A stretch of 55,814 bases of DNA from Chloroflexota bacterium (GCA_005889345.1 VBFR01000185.1:1-55814), one strand, 5' to 3'; counted from the stretch's first letter, positions 11,401 through 20,344 are shown. Translations and numbers: made by a program. The notes: a model not told the origin generated them from the sequence alone.

Positions 11401-12747
11401 CCCGAGATCGACGATCCGGTTGCCAACCTCAACAACCCGGACAGCAACCTCGTGACGCCCGCAAGCAAGCCATTCAGCGCATCCATCCTGCCGACGACGC
11501 TGGTTCCGTCGGCGGCCAACGGCACCTATGGTGGCAAGGCGACGCTTGTGGCTCATCTCACCTCCAACGGCGTCGACCTGGCAAACCAAACCGTCAGCTT
11601 CAAGCTCAACGGATCGACGGCCGGCACCGCCACCACGGGAGGCAACGGTATCGCGACCGTGCTCGCCAGCCTCGGAACGATCAATGCCGGGTCGTACCCT
11701 GTCGGTTTCCAGGCGAGTTATGCCGGCGACCCCAACCTCTTCTACACACCCGCGCCCGCCGCTCTGGGGACCCCGATAGCCACGACGCTGACGGTAGCCC
11801 AAGCACCCACCGCAACCACGCAGGCCGCCACAACGGCGAGCTCGACCGTCTACGGCCAGTCGATCACCTTGAGTGCCAAGGTGACGACGACCGTCGCCGG
11901 CGGCATCGACCCCGGTGTCGCTGATGGGACGGTGGCGTTCACCGAGGGCGCCACCACGATCTGCTCGGCCGCGCTGGGGACGGGGACCACGACCAACGAG
12001 GCGGCCTGCACCCTGAAGACGGTGCCGGTTGGCGCGCACAGCATCACGGCCGTCTTCACCGCGACGCTCGCCGGCAATTTCCAGGGCAGCACCGCCGCCA
12101 GTACCCTGAGCCAGACCGTCAGCATTGCGCCCACAACGACATCGACCGCCGCCAGCGACCATAACGCGAGTACCTATGGCCAGTTGGTCACGCTCAGCGC
12201 CACGCTGACGTCGGCAAACCTGAACCCTGGAGCGGGTGAAGGGGCGGTGGCCTTCAAAGAAGGAGCTACGACCATCTGCAGCGCCGGCCTGGGGACCGGG
12301 GGTGCGCTGAACAAGGCGGCCTGCGCGGTGAGCACGCTAAATGTGGCGACCCACACGATCACCGCCGTCTATACGGCGACCGGCGGTAACTTCCAGGACA
12401 GCACCGCGGCGGCGACGCTGAGCCAGGTGGTCAACGCGGCGGCGACGCAAACAGCGACCGCCAGTAGCGACATCAACCCGAGCGCGTTCGGCCAGATGAT
12501 CACGCTCAGCACCACCGTGACGTCGGTATTCGCCGATCCGGGCGTTGGTGACGGCACGGTCACTTTCATGGAGGGCGCCACGACGCTCTGCACCGCTGGC
12601 CTTGGATCGGGAGCCGCAAGCAACCAGGCGGCCTGCGGCATCAACACCCTGAGCGCGGGGAGTCACACCATCAGTGCTGTCTTCACTGCTGCGGGTGCCA
12701 ACTACAACGGCAGCGCCGCCGGCAACCTGACCCAGACCGTGAACTAG
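5500..12747 (+). CDS. Giant secreted right-handed beta-helix repeat protein with C-terminal Ig-like repeats (putative adhesin/surface protein)
   Basis: 2415-aa ORF; N-terminal hydrophobic signal-like segment; five repeated modules (FTSLxD..CxSV..C..GDWGG; YPAIYL..NGLDAIVFHG..W..LGYLLD); C-terminal Ig-like repeats; start may be GTG 5515. Confidence 0.85.
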   Translation: MPREGVRLHVRRRLELPACTPSFLLRAALKYGVGLGVAAAVLTAGGVDRVQPNGHALALNVLPTNVPCGPIATDAGDPHTATWTAVSSPYGTGSTYNLPVNATNNPDPNVVSCTAIIVPADVTLKIDASQGPVHISSHGAAIKVDGGHLLVLGASETNSVLFDAEADVSSWDGIVIDASDPSHRGNASVAYASIQNAVNSITINSGATSTPDPTNLSSQLPYGLALVNSGIGPSYFDGIDAINTPVIVKGRTDLLTGRADGKFGTVNNIGSQGIKVTFDAAAPAVTANALDIESVTFGSSVPFAATGCLPLQLPCSAGFIGNDAILAAFTTSNPPPVLISQSRFYRAGSFGVELNGPHGPVITDNNFDCNGTGSPKPTQTCVGAGLKYSAIYLNGATVDLENSVTNNVGHEDGLDAIVLNGTVAFGPSTSQKLNWKNATNDATTDHLLGCLLNGDLNLNSGTLVVPGGSFVKSKGTINLTGAALSAGDSGAKVFTSLRDNVNIASCPSVFVQSCPAPLPAGEWGGINLVGSQTDAAMRNATTGTINNASILYATTGVHIVNGNSLTISGSNNLSAIGPTFADGVLAEGTPLAVTGTTFGCPTGVCSGPSSGNHGILADYRNSGPPTTGLTIGGPNAATDRNTFQGSVNEAIRGVGLAGQPVDIENNAIQNAGGAGTAGSAGVYLQGADNLTLKNNDVVGSGTGNLHYPAIWLDGVSHADFNGPIGGNTGFADGLNAIAFHGDSKALAWQTVAAGGPLGYILDGNLLVAGNLTLANGDYATVLAGTVTVQGTLTSTGAVLTSLKEMTVPAPSCGSVFVQRASGVCPATTAGDWGGLVLNPGSTNRMTNSGIRYAATGISMGMPTGTRLAQNLTLTNTSISNAAADGVSTRSPVSITGGAFTNNASHGINIDLRNVTASASQPVSISGTTIASSGQDGIIAVGLTGQTVQIDQASIDHAGAFGINLKDADHLTLTNNTVTNSAASFPAIYLNGFSGLMANVDGNKGAFNGVDAIAFHGAVTGDLPWITARKTSDPATPLGYILDNTLTMQSPHTLTVKAGDIVKVGNGGVLNLVGANLRADDTGGSSQKVFTSLTDDSVGVATCHSVIVNTCPAAAQPGDWGGITLTGGTANGALVNAAVRYASTGILITSGASSTSGSSVFGLVVSGSSIGPSAVDGINAVKTAIAVTTSSISGGAHGISVDFSGGVPSTPVRLSGNRFASTSAEAIVGRALAGQPVWISDNRIRAAGTYGIRLLNADQLVLRNNNVTASGGGPAAGAGRYPAIYLPAVSADFATNIRGNMGSGNGLDALVFDGKVNRDLAWITASNTASTHPLGYLLDGGLTLQGGNLLVGAGDVVKSLGGPITINGGKLIANGTVTGGSPTSRSAIFTSLKDNPIAPVLPVDTSDAAAVSCPSVLVAVCNPGPGDWGGLVITSNAAGDKGRADITYGVINYANTGISLDSGPIPANPEQVPANFRLSVANTTISNASKDGINSLDTPFSVTNSSLVQNVGANGIIASFFSPANCSSTITVGTCIRLNVTTTTVTGAGKDGIIANGLSGQPTVVTGNTVTDAGTYGIRLVGADKLTLTTNHVRKSALPPSTALRYPAIYLSSVKADFEVSGAGSVIQGNDGKWNGLDAIVFHGEATNNLTWITAVASAGTDVAFGYLLDGPLTVDGDLTTNEGDIVKIMNGGIKINGGSLQALGTYLGTTFTSLKDNPGLPACHSVFIPDPCPVLPATLATNTDWNGINIDASNSVFNKGRLLYATAGLSITNAKLDVSGATFYKLNGTALSSTGIQPLTVTCSSIRGNGTGVAADYGTISQSDVYGNSVADLAGNANLHADADWLAASPKITGAVAVSGALAAQRPVATLTLTGDNQLANDQFGNKAFGIGHMTLTADMNRQANTSVAPLVEFTPPPGPPTTLTGLLNNGWTTGQEWSPNPYALDLAHASAGLDSVKVSGARGCVPPEIDDPVANLNNPDSNLVTPASKPFSASILPTTLVPSAANGTYGGKATLVAHLTSNGVDLANQTVSFKLNGSTAGTATTGGNGIATVLASLGTINAGSYPVGFQASYAGDPNLFYTPAPAALGTPIATTLTVAQAPTATTQAATTASSTVYGQSITLSAKVTTTVAGGIDPGVADGTVAFTEGATTICSAALGTGTTTNEAACTLKTVPVGAHSITAVFTATLAGNFQGSTAASTLSQTVSIAPTTTSTAASDHNASTYGQLVTLSATLTSANLNPGAGEGAVAFKEGATTICSAGLGTGGALNKAACAVSTLNVATHTITAVYTATGGNFQDSTAAATLSQVVNAAATQTATASSDINPSAFGQMITLSTTVTSVFADPGVGDGTVTFMEGATTLCTAGLGSGAASNQAACGINTLSAGSHTISAVFTAAGANYNGSAAGNLTQTVN

Positions 12748-13244
12748 TCGATTTGCATCGGTCGCCACAACAGCGCGTAAACGCCCGGCGTCATCCAATC
12801 CCGAACGACGAGCGCGCCGGCGGCGACCATGCAGGCGTTCATCACGCGGCGCCAGGACTCCTCTTCATAGGCAGTCGACATCAGCCGGATGATGGCCTCG
12901 GCCTCGGCGTCAGGGGGCAGCCGGTCATCGACGACCGCGGAGCTCGCGGGTTCCGGCCGGGTCGACGGTTGAAAGGCGCTCGCGTCGGCGACCAGCTGGG
13001 CCGTGCGCATGGCATCGTAAAAGGCGGACTCCGATCCGGGGAAGACGTCGCTCTTGGCAATGCGGGTCGCGACCTCGAGTGCGCTGAAATATTCCGGCGA
13101 CTGCCTGACCTCCAGGTCAGGGACACTGCCGATTCCGGGGGCGGCCTTCGCCACTCGCTCCCACTCCTCGGGCGTCAGCCGGCGGAGGCGATCGAGCAGC
13201 GCCTCGACCTCGGAGGTGTTCGGCCCGAACCTCTGAACGGCCAC
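12744..13244 (-). CDS. Hypothetical protein
   Basis: 166-aa ORF with protein-like composition, convergent with the giant gene (4-bp overlap). Confidence 0.7.
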   Translation of the reverse strand: MAVQRFGPNTSEVEALLDRLRRLTPEEWERVAKAAPGIGSVPDLEVRQSPEYFSALEVATRIAKSDVFPGSESAFYDAMRTAQLVADASAFQPSTRPEPASSAVVDDRLPPDAEAEAIIRLMSTAYEEESWRRVMNACMVAAGALVVRDWMTPGVYALLWRPMQID

Positions 13245-13288
13245 CTCACTTACAATACGCGCGGTTCCATGACCGTGCGAGTTTCTCC

Positions 13289-13900
13289 ATGCCCGTAATC
13301 GAGTGGGTCGTCAGGATGGGCGACACGGTGGAAGCGCGCGATGGCGAGCTCGGTGTCGTGAAGGAGATCTTCGAGGGGCCGCCCCAGTCAGCCCAAAGTC
13401 TTTTCGTGTCGAGCGAGCCCTACATGCGGGTGGTCAATCCGGGCCAGCCCGACCTCTTCATCCCCTTCGAGGAGATCGTCGACGTCGGCGACGTCAAGCA
13501 GCGCGTCTATCTGAAGCGCTGGCTGCGGGAGGTCAATGCGCTGGGCTGGACGCGCGATCCCCGCAAACCGGGGACGGCGGCGTCGCCGTACTTTCCAAAA
13601 CCGCCAGCACCAGCCCGAGTCAAACCGGATGCCAACGGAGGCGTCCCCCCGCGACCCCTGGTGGGCAGCGGTGCCTGGTCACCGGGTGAGGCCGCGCCAC
13701 GGCCCGAGCCGGGCCGGCAGTATCGGATTGGCGACCGGTTCAAGCCCGGCGACCCGATCCCGGTGGAAGGCCAGTACACGTGCACCGTGTGCGGGTTTCG
13801 CAAGCACTCCAGCCAGTTTCGGGAAGAAAATCCCGATGGTCGCTTTCCGCCGCCACACCACCCGGGCGCACTCTGGGAACTCGAGGACCTGCGGCCATAG
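13289..13900 (+). CDS. PRC-barrel-like N-terminus, Pro-rich linker, YjzC-like/zinc-ribbon C-terminus
   Basis: GDTVEARDGELGVVKEI...LFIPFEEI..V..VYL; RFKPGDPIPVEGQYTCTVCG...FPPPHHPGALWEL. Confidence 0.65.
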   Translation: MPVIEWVVRMGDTVEARDGELGVVKEIFEGPPQSAQSLFVSSEPYMRVVNPGQPDLFIPFEEIVDVGDVKQRVYLKRWLREVNALGWTRDPRKPGTAASPYFPKPPAPARVKPDANGGVPPRPLVGSGAWSPGEAAPRPEPGRQYRIGDRFKPGDPIPVEGQYTCTVCGFRKHSSQFREENPDGRFPPPHHPGALWELEDLRP

Positions 13901-13979
13901 GGCGCTGACCTGATTCGAGCGCAAGCGCTCGATCGCTGGTCTGTATTCGGAAACCTCTTTGTTAGACTAGCCGCGTACC

Positions 13980-14339
13980 GTGCTGAGCGATTATTTTCCC
14001 TTGCTCATTTTCCTCGCCGCGGTCTTCGTTTTTGGCCTCATCGCTCTCTTTTTTCCGCCCTGGTTGGCGGGCCACCGGCATTCAGCCGCTAAGGACCTCC
14101 CCTATGAGTCGGGCATCGTGCCCCGCTCGGGCGCCCGGCGGAAGTTCGCAGTCAGCTTCTATCTGACCGCGATGCTCTTCATCATCTTCGACGTCGAGGC
14201 GATCTTCATCTACCCCTGGGCGGTCATCCTCAAGGGCCTGCGCTGGTTCGGCGTCGTCGAGATGGGCATCTTCGCCGCCATCCTGCTCGTCGCCCTCATC
14301 TACGTCTGGCGGAAGGGAGCGCTGGAATGGGGGAGCTGA
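13980..14339 (+). CDS. nuoA: NADH-quinone oxidoreductase subunit A
   Basis: [29 protein letters not shown]. Confidence 0.97.
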   Translation: MLSDYFPLLIFLAAVFVFGLIALFFPPWLAGHRHSAAKDLPYESGIVPRSGARRKFAVSFYLTAMLFIIFDVEAIFIYPWAVILKGLRWFGVVEMGIFAAILLVALIYVWRKGALEWGS

Positions 14340-14863
14340 CGCTTCGCCCCGGCCCCATGCCGACGGGCCGCGCGGCCGGACCCACCCCGCTCAACGCCCT
14401 GGGCGACAACGTGCTCACCACCACGCTCGACAGGGTGATCAACTGGGGCCGATCGAGCGCGATCTGGCCGGCGCTCTTCGGGCTCGCCTGCTGCGCGATC
14501 GAGATGATGGGAACGGTCGGCCCGCGGCACGACCTGTCGCGCTTTGGTTCGGAGCTCTTCCGTGCCTCGCCGCGGCAGGCGGACCTGATGATCGTTTCGG
14601 GACGGGTGTCGATCAAGATGGCGCCGGTGCTCCGTCAGATCTACGACCAGATGCCCGAGCCCAAATGGGTGATCGCGATGGGCGCCTGCGCGTCCTCCGC
14701 CGGGATGTTCAACAACTACGCGATCGTCCAGAGCGTGGACAAGATCGTGCCGGTCGACATCTATCTCCCCGGCTGCCCGCCCCGGCCGGAGGCTCTGATC
14801 GATGCCGTCGTCAAGCTGCAGCGCAAGATCCGCGGTGAGCCGCTGGTCAAGCGCCCTGGCTGA
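14327..14863 (+). CDS. nuoB: NADH-quinone oxidoreductase subunit B
   Basis: [27 protein letters not shown]. Confidence 0.97.
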   Translation: MGELTLRPGPMPTGRAAGPTPLNALGDNVLTTTLDRVINWGRSSAIWPALFGLACCAIEMMGTVGPRHDLSRFGSELFRASPRQADLMIVSGRVSIKMAPVLRQIYDQMPEPKWVIAMGACASSAGMFNNYAIVQSVDKIVPVDIYLPGCPPRPEALIDAVVKLQRKIRGEPLVKRPG

Positions 14864-14871
14864 CTGCCGCT

Positions 14872-15369
14872 GTGCTCGTCGAGCGTTTGGGCAACCGCTT
14901 CAAGCAAGCGTTGCAAGAGAGCTCGGACTTTCGCGGCGACCTGAGCATCGTGGTCGAGCCCGACGCCGTCGTTGATGTCGCCCGCTACCTGCGGGATGAA
15001 GAGGGATTCGACTACTTCCTCTACGCGACGGCCGTCGACTGGCCCGCGCGCGAGCCGCGCTTCACGGTCGTGTGGGAGGTGCGGTCGCTTAAGAACAAGA
15101 CCCGCATCCGCATCAAGACCACGGCCGCCATGCCCGAGCCGCACGTGCCAACCTTGACCGATGTCTGGCCGGCTGCCAACTGGCACGAACGGGAGACCTG
15201 GGACCTGCTCGGGATCAAGTTCGACGGGCACCCCGACCTGCGCCGGCTGCTGATGCCGCAGAGCTGGGAAGGCCATCCGCTGCGCAAGGATTACGTCTCC
15301 TTCGGCGAGCCGGTCATCTTCAGCGACCAGAAGCTCGAAGGGCTGGAGCCCGACGCGATCCGTGGCTGA
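14872..15369 (+). CDS. nuoC: NADH-quinone oxidoreductase subunit C
   Basis: ANWHERETWDLLGIKFDGHPDLRRLL...GHPLRKDY. Confidence 0.97.
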   Translation: MLVERLGNRFKQALQESSDFRGDLSIVVEPDAVVDVARYLRDEEGFDYFLYATAVDWPAREPRFTVVWEVRSLKNKTRIRIKTTAAMPEPHVPTLTDVWPAANWHERETWDLLGIKFDGHPDLRRLLMPQSWEGHPLRKDYVSFGEPVIFSDQKLEGLEPDAIRG

Positions 15370-16633
15370 GACGCGCATCGCGCAGGAACCGTTTGGCCCG
15401 GGCCCCGCGCAGGAGCCGTTTGGCCCCGGCCCCACGCAGGAGCCGTTCGGCCCCGAGCACGAGTCGCCGACCGATTGGATCGAGCTCAACATGGGACCCC
15501 AGCATCCGAGCACGCACGGTGTTCTGCGGGTGCGGCTGAAGCTGGACGGCGAGCGCGTCCGCGATGCCGACCCGGACGTCGGCTATCTCCACACCGGGTT
15601 CGAGAAATCCTTCGAGGAGAAGACCTACACCCAGGGCATCACCTTCAGCGACCGGATGGATTACCTGGCGCCACCCATCAACAACGTGGGGTTTGTGATG
15701 TCGGTCGAAAAGTTGATCGGCGTCGACGTTCCGGCTCGGGCGCAGGCGATCCGGGTGATGATGATGGAGCTGGCGCGAATCGCCAGCCACGAGCTGTGGC
15801 TCGGCACCGCCGGCCTCGACCTCGGCGTCTATTCCGGCTTCTTCTATGCCTGGCGCGACCGCGAGTTGGTGCTCGACCTCAACGAGTCCTACTCGGGCGT
15901 TCGGATGATGACCTCCTTCACCCGGGTTGGCGGCGTCGCCTGGGATCTGCCCGAGGGCTGGATCGACCAGCTACAGCGCTTCATCGACGTCATGCCGGGG
16001 CGGATCGACGACTTCGAGGCGATGCTGACCGACAACCCGATCTGGCATCAGCGCCTCCAGGGGATTGGGGCCCTGTCGGCGCAGGAAGCGATCGAGACGG
16101 GCGTGACCGGTCCGATGCTGCGCGCCTCCGGCGTCGACTACGACGTCCGCAAGGCTTTCCCCTATGCCGGCTATGAGCAGTACGACTTCCAGGTCCCCCT
16201 GGGCACCAACGGCGATTGCTTTGACCGCTACCGTGTCCGCGTCCAGGAGATGCGCGAGAGCTTGAAGATCCTGCAGCAGGTTGTCGATACGCTCCCTGCC
16301 GGCCCGTGGATGACGACCGATCGCAAGGTCGCGCTGCCGCCGCGGAGCGAGCTCAGCACCAGCATGGAGTCGGTTATTCACCACTTCCGGCTCGTGAGCG
16401 AGGGTTTCAAGGGGCCGATCGGTGACGTCTATGCCTTCGTCGAGAGCCCGCGCGGCGAGCTCGGCTTCTACCTGGTCTCCGACGGGACGAACAAGCCGTA
16501 CCGGATGAAGGTCCGCCCGCCCTCCTTCTGCAATCTCCAGCCACTCAAGAAACTGGTGCAGGGCGTCCTGCTGGCGGATGTCATCGCCATCATGGGCAGC
16601 ATGGACTTCATCCTGGGCGACGTGGACCGCTGA
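15362..16633 (+). CDS. nuoD: NADH-quinone oxidoreductase subunit D
   Basis: NMGPQHPSTHGVLR, DRMDY, ESPRGELG, C-terminal GDVDR. Confidence 0.97.
   Translation: MAETRIAQEPFGPGPAQEPFGPGPTQEPFGPEHESPTDWIELNMGPQHPSTHGVLRVRLKLDGERVRDADPDVGYLHTGFEKSFEEKTYTQGITFSDRMDYLAPPINNVGFVMSVEKLIGVDVPARAQAIRVMMMELARIASHELWLGTAGLDLGVYSGFFYAWRDRELVLDLNESYSGVRMMTSFTRVGGVAWDLPEGWIDQLQRFIDVMPGRIDDFEAMLTDNPIWHQRLQGIGALSAQEAIETGVTGPMLRASGVDYDVRKAFPYAGYEQYDFQVPLGTNGDCFDRYRVRVQEMRESLKILQQVVDTLPAGPWMTTDRKVALPPRSELSTSMESVIHHFRLVSEGFKGPIGDVYAFVESPRGELGFYLVSDGTNKPYRMKVRPPSFCNLQPLKKLVQGVLLADVIAIMGSMDFILGDVDR
15380..15457 (+). repeat. 27-bp in-frame tandem repeat x3 at the nuoD 5' end
   Basis: gcgcaggaaccgtttggcccgggcccc-like units encoding (A/T)QEPFGPGP. 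Confidence 0.9.
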
Positions 16634-17181
16634 TGGCACTCGCCAAGCCCACCGTCGAGGAAATCAAAACCCGCGCAGCCCGCTACCCGTCGAGGCAATC
16701 GGCCATCATCCCGGCGCTCTGGGCGGTCCAGCACGAGCAGGGCTATGTCACCAAAGAGTCGATGGGGGAGATCGCGCAGATCCTCGGCCTGCCGCCCTCG
16801 CTGATCGAGGCGACCGCATCCTTCTACTCGATGTTCCTCGCCCGCCCGGAGGGGCGGCACGATGTCGTGATCTGCGTCAACGCGCCCTGCATGCTGCGCG
16901 GCGCCGACGAGATGGCCGCCTACCTCGGGCAGCAACTGGGCGTCCGCGATGGCGAGACCACGACGGATGGCGCCATCACCTGGCATTCGACGATCGAGTG
17001 CCTGGGCGCCTGCGGCGGCGCGCCGATGATGCAGGTCGATCATCACTTCGAGGAGAACCTGACGCCGGAGCGGATCGACTCGATCATCGAGCGGCTCCGA
17101 ACCGAGCCCGCGCCACACGGCCCGAAGCCGGAGAAGGCCGCAGCGGTCGCGCGGCCGAGAGCGAAGAGGACCCAGAACTGA
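16633..17181 (+). CDS. nuoE: NADH-quinone oxidoreductase subunit E
   Basis: ASFYSMF, CVNAPC...ECLGACGGAP 2Fe-2S ligands. Confidence 0.96.
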   Translation: MALAKPTVEEIKTRAARYPSRQSAIIPALWAVQHEQGYVTKESMGEIAQILGLPPSLIEATASFYSMFLARPEGRHDVVICVNAPCMLRGADEMAAYLGQQLGVRDGETTTDGAITWHSTIECLGACGGAPMMQVDHHFEENLTPERIDSIIERLRTEPAPHGPKPEKAAAVARPRAKRTQN

Positions 17182-18467
17182 TGGGACTCAAGCCGGTCCT
17201 GACTAAGGACTTTCACACGGAAAACCTCGAGCAGCTGTCGGTTTACGAGCGGACGGGCGGCTACGCCGGCTTCAAGAAAGCGCTCGAGATGCAACCCGAC
17301 GAGCTGGTGGAACTGGTGAAGAAGAGCGGGCTCCGCGGCCGCGGCGGGGCCGGTTTCCCCACCGGCAACAAGTGGAGCTTCCTGCCCAAGGGCGTCTACC
17401 CGCGCTACCTCGTTTGCAACGCCGACGAGAGCGAGCCCGGCTGCTTCAAGGACCGCTACCTGATCGAAAAGAGCCCACACCAGGTGTTGGAGGGGATTCT
17501 GATCGCCAGCTACGCGATCGGCTGCAACCTCGCCTTCATCTATATCCGCGGTGAGTACCTGCCTCAGCACGAGGCGCTGGAGTCTGCGATCGAGGAAGCG
17601 CGCCAGGCGGGATACCTGGGCAAGAACGTGCTCGGCAAGGGGTACGAGATCGACGTCATCCTGCACCGCGGCGCGGGTGCCTACATCTGCGGGGAGGAGA
17701 CCGCCCTGCTGACCTCGCTCGAGGGGTATCGCGGCGAGCCACGGCTCAAGCCGCCCTTTCCGGCGATCAAGGGCCTGTACGGGAAGCCGACGGTCGTCAA
17801 CAACGTCGAGACCGTGGCCAACCTGCCGCACATCGTGATCAACGGCGCCGACTGGTTCGGTGCGATGGGGACACCGACGGGGAAGGGGACCCGCGTCTGG
17901 TGCATGAGCGGGCACGTCAACCGGCCGGGTAATTACGAGCTGGAGAACGGCACCCCGATCCGCGAGCTGATCGAGGAGCACGGCGGCGGCGTCTGGAAGA
18001 ACCGCAAGCTCAAGGCGTTCCAGCCTGGAGGCGCCTCGATGATGGTGCTGCTGCCCGAGCATCTCGACGTCGGCCTGGACTTCGACGCGATCCAGAAGGC
18101 CGGCTCGCTCGCCGGCGCCGGCGCCATGGTCGTGATGGACGAGACGACCTGCATGGTCGACGCCGCGCGGCGCTACGTGAAGTTCTTCCACCACGAGAGT
18201 TGTGGCAAGTGCACGCCATGCCGCGAAGGCACCTTCTGGATGTCGAACCTCTTCGACCGCTTCGAAGCCGGTGAGGCCAAGGCCACGGACGTCGACCTGC
18301 TCCTCGACATCGGGTACAGCATCGACGGGCGCTCATTCTGTCCGCTCGGCGATGCCTCGACCTGGTTCCCGCGCAGCGTCATCAAGTTCTTCCGCGACGA
18401 GTTCCTGGAGCACGTCTCGGAAAAAGGCTGCCCGTTCAAGAAGATGGCGCAGGAGGCGGTCGCCTAG
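17181..18467 (+). CDS. nuoF: NADH-quinone oxidoreductase subunit F
   Basis: GLRGRGGAGFP, NADESEPG, GAGAYICGEETAL, ESCGKCTPCREG; ATG 17181 overlaps the nuoE stop. Confidence 0.97.
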   Translation: MGLKPVLTKDFHTENLEQLSVYERTGGYAGFKKALEMQPDELVELVKKSGLRGRGGAGFPTGNKWSFLPKGVYPRYLVCNADESEPGCFKDRYLIEKSPHQVLEGILIASYAIGCNLAFIYIRGEYLPQHEALESAIEEARQAGYLGKNVLGKGYEIDVILHRGAGAYICGEETALLTSLEGYRGEPRLKPPFPAIKGLYGKPTVVNNVETVANLPHIVINGADWFGAMGTPTGKGTRVWCMSGHVNRPGNYELENGTPIRELIEEHGGGVWKNRKLKAFQPGGASMMVLLPEHLDVGLDFDAIQKAGSLAGAGAMVVMDETTCMVDAARRYVKFFHHESCGKCTPCREGTFWMSNLFDRFEAGEAKATDVDLLLDIGYSIDGRSFCPLGDASTWFPRSVIKFFRDEFLEHVSEKGCPFKKMAQEAVA

Positions 18468-20344
18468 TGGCGACGGTGCAAACCGACCAGGTCACGCTGA
18501 CGATCGACGGGCAGTCCGTCACCGTGCCGAAGGGTACTCTGATCCTCGACGCCGCCAAGGCGATCAACATCGACATCCCGATCTTCTGCTCGCACCCGAA
18601 GATGGCGCCGGTCGCCGTCTGCCGCATGTGCCTCGTCGAGGTCGAGAAGATGCCGAAGCTGCAACCAGCCTGCGCCGTCTACGTGGCCGAGGGCATGGTC
18701 GTCAAGACCACGACCGAACAGGTCGCCAAGTACCAGAAGGGTGTGCTCGAGTTTCTGCTCATCAACCATCCCCTCGACTGCCCGATCTGCGACAAGGGCG
18801 GCGAGTGCCCGCTGCAGGACCAGACCTTTCAGTACGGCCCCGGCGCCAGCCGCTTCGAGTTTCAGAAGGCCCACTTCGACAAGGGGGTGCCCCTCTCCGA
18901 CAAGATTGTCCTGGACCGCGAGCGCTGCATCCTCTGCTGGCGCTGCACGCGCTTCAGCGAGGAGATCTCGGGGGAGCGAGAGCTCGCGCTGATCCAGCGC
19001 GGCGTCCACACCATCATTGGCACCTTCAATGACGAACCCGCCCAGTCGAACTACCAGGGCAACTGGACGGAGATCTGCCCGGTCGGCGCGCTGACCTCGC
19101 GGCAGTACCGCTTCGTCAGCCGCCCCTGGGACCTGGACCGCACCGCCAGCGTCTGCCCCGGCTGCAGCATGGGCTGCAACATCCAGCTCGATGCCCGCAG
19201 CAACAAGATCGGGCGCTTTCAATCGCGCGAAAACCTCGCGGTCGATGACGGCTGGCTCTGCGATACCGGCCGCTACAGCTTCCCCAACTTCCAGCGCTTA
19301 ACGCAGGACCGCCCGCAGATCCGGCGGGACGGCAGGCTCGAGCGCGTGACCTACGACGAGGTGATCGCATTCACGGCCGACGCCCTGAAAGCGTCGGGCC
19401 AGCTCGCGGGCTGGGTATCACCGGCCGCCAGCAACGAGGAGCTCTTCCTCTTCCAGCGCCTCTTCCGCGAGGTGCTCGCGTCGCCGAACCTCGATCACCG
19501 AAGCGCGGTCCTCGAGGACGCGGAGCCGGATGACATGACGCTGCCGATCGCCGACATCGAGCACTGCGACCAGGTCGTGGTGCTGGGCGGCCAGGACGTC
19601 ATCGACGCCGCGCCCGTGCTTCACCTCCGCCTCTTCAAGAGCCAGCGCAAGGGCGTCAATGTGCTGAAGGTCGGCGCCGCCGATGTCAAGAAGGCGCTCG
19701 ACGCCGTCCCGGCCGAGGCGCAGGGGGTTGGAATCCTCGCGACCGAGGCGAACAAGAAGGCGGCGGTCGAGCTCCAAGGGAAGCTGCAAAAGAAAGTCAA
19801 GGGCAGCGTCCGGCGGCTGATCGTGACCACCGGCCCCAACGGGCGCGGTGCCAAGGACCTCGGCATCCTGCCGCATCGCGGACCCGGCTACGTCTCCCTC
19901 AATGGGAAGTCGGGGAAGGGGAGAGTGGAGTGGCCGGGCGCCGGCGTCAAGGCGCTCTACGTGCACGAGTCCAGCCCGCTGCACGGCTTTGTTCCGACCG
20001 ATGCCGAGTCGATGTGGCTGTCCGCGCTGCCGCTGGTCGTATTCCACCGCTTCAAGCCGTCGCCCCTGGACGAGGTCGCCCACGTCATCATCCCGGGCCA
20101 CGCCTTCACCGAGAAGGACGGCACCGTGACCAGCATGGAGGGTCGGGTGCAGCGGATTCGCAAGGGCATCGACGCCGCCTGGGTCCGCGAGGACTGGCGC
20201 GTCTTCCAGGAGATCGCGAACCACCTGGGGGCCGACTGGGAATACGAGAGCGTGGAGGCGATCACGGGCGACCTGGTGCGGGCACTGCCACCGTATCGCG
20301 CCGTCAACGAGGGCGCGCGGGTGCTCTGGAGCGAGTCGCGATGA
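18467..20344 (+). CDS. nuoG: NADH-quinone oxidoreductase subunit G (compact, 625 aa)
   Basis: CRMCLVE, HPLDCPICDKGGECPLQ, RCILCWRC, CPGCSMGC...C, EKDGT..EGR. Confidence 0.95.
   Translation: MATVQTDQVTLTIDGQSVTVPKGTLILDAAKAINIDIPIFCSHPKMAPVAVCRMCLVEVEKMPKLQPACAVYVAEGMVVKTTTEQVAKYQKGVLEFLLINHPLDCPICDKGGECPLQDQTFQYGPGASRFEFQKAHFDKGVPLSDKIVLDRERCILCWRCTRFSEEISGERELALIQRGVHTIIGTFNDEPAQSNYQGNWTEICPVGALTSRQYRFVSRPWDLDRTASVCPGCSMGCNIQLDARSNKIGRFQSRENLAVDDGWLCDTGRYSFPNFQRLTQDRPQIRRDGRLERVTYDEVIAFTADALKASGQLAGWVSPAASNEELFLFQRLFREVLASPNLDHRSAVLEDAEPDDMTLPIADIEHCDQVVVLGGQDVIDAAPVLHLRLFKSQRKGVNVLKVGAADVKKALDAVPAEAQGVGILATEANKKAAVELQGKLQKKVKGSVRRLIVTTGPNGRGAKDLGILPHRGPGYVSLNGKSGKGRVEWPGAGVKALYVHESSPLHGFVPTDAESMWLSALPLVVFHRFKPSPLDEVAHVIIPGHAFTEKDGTVTSMEGRVQRIRKGIDAAWVREDWRVFQEIANHLGADWEYESVEAITGDLVRALPPYRAVNEGARVLWSESR

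Noticed and set aside
5500-12747. Autotransporter or two-partner secretion protein
   Set aside because: No C-terminal beta-barrel with terminal aromatic residue and no TpsB partner nearby
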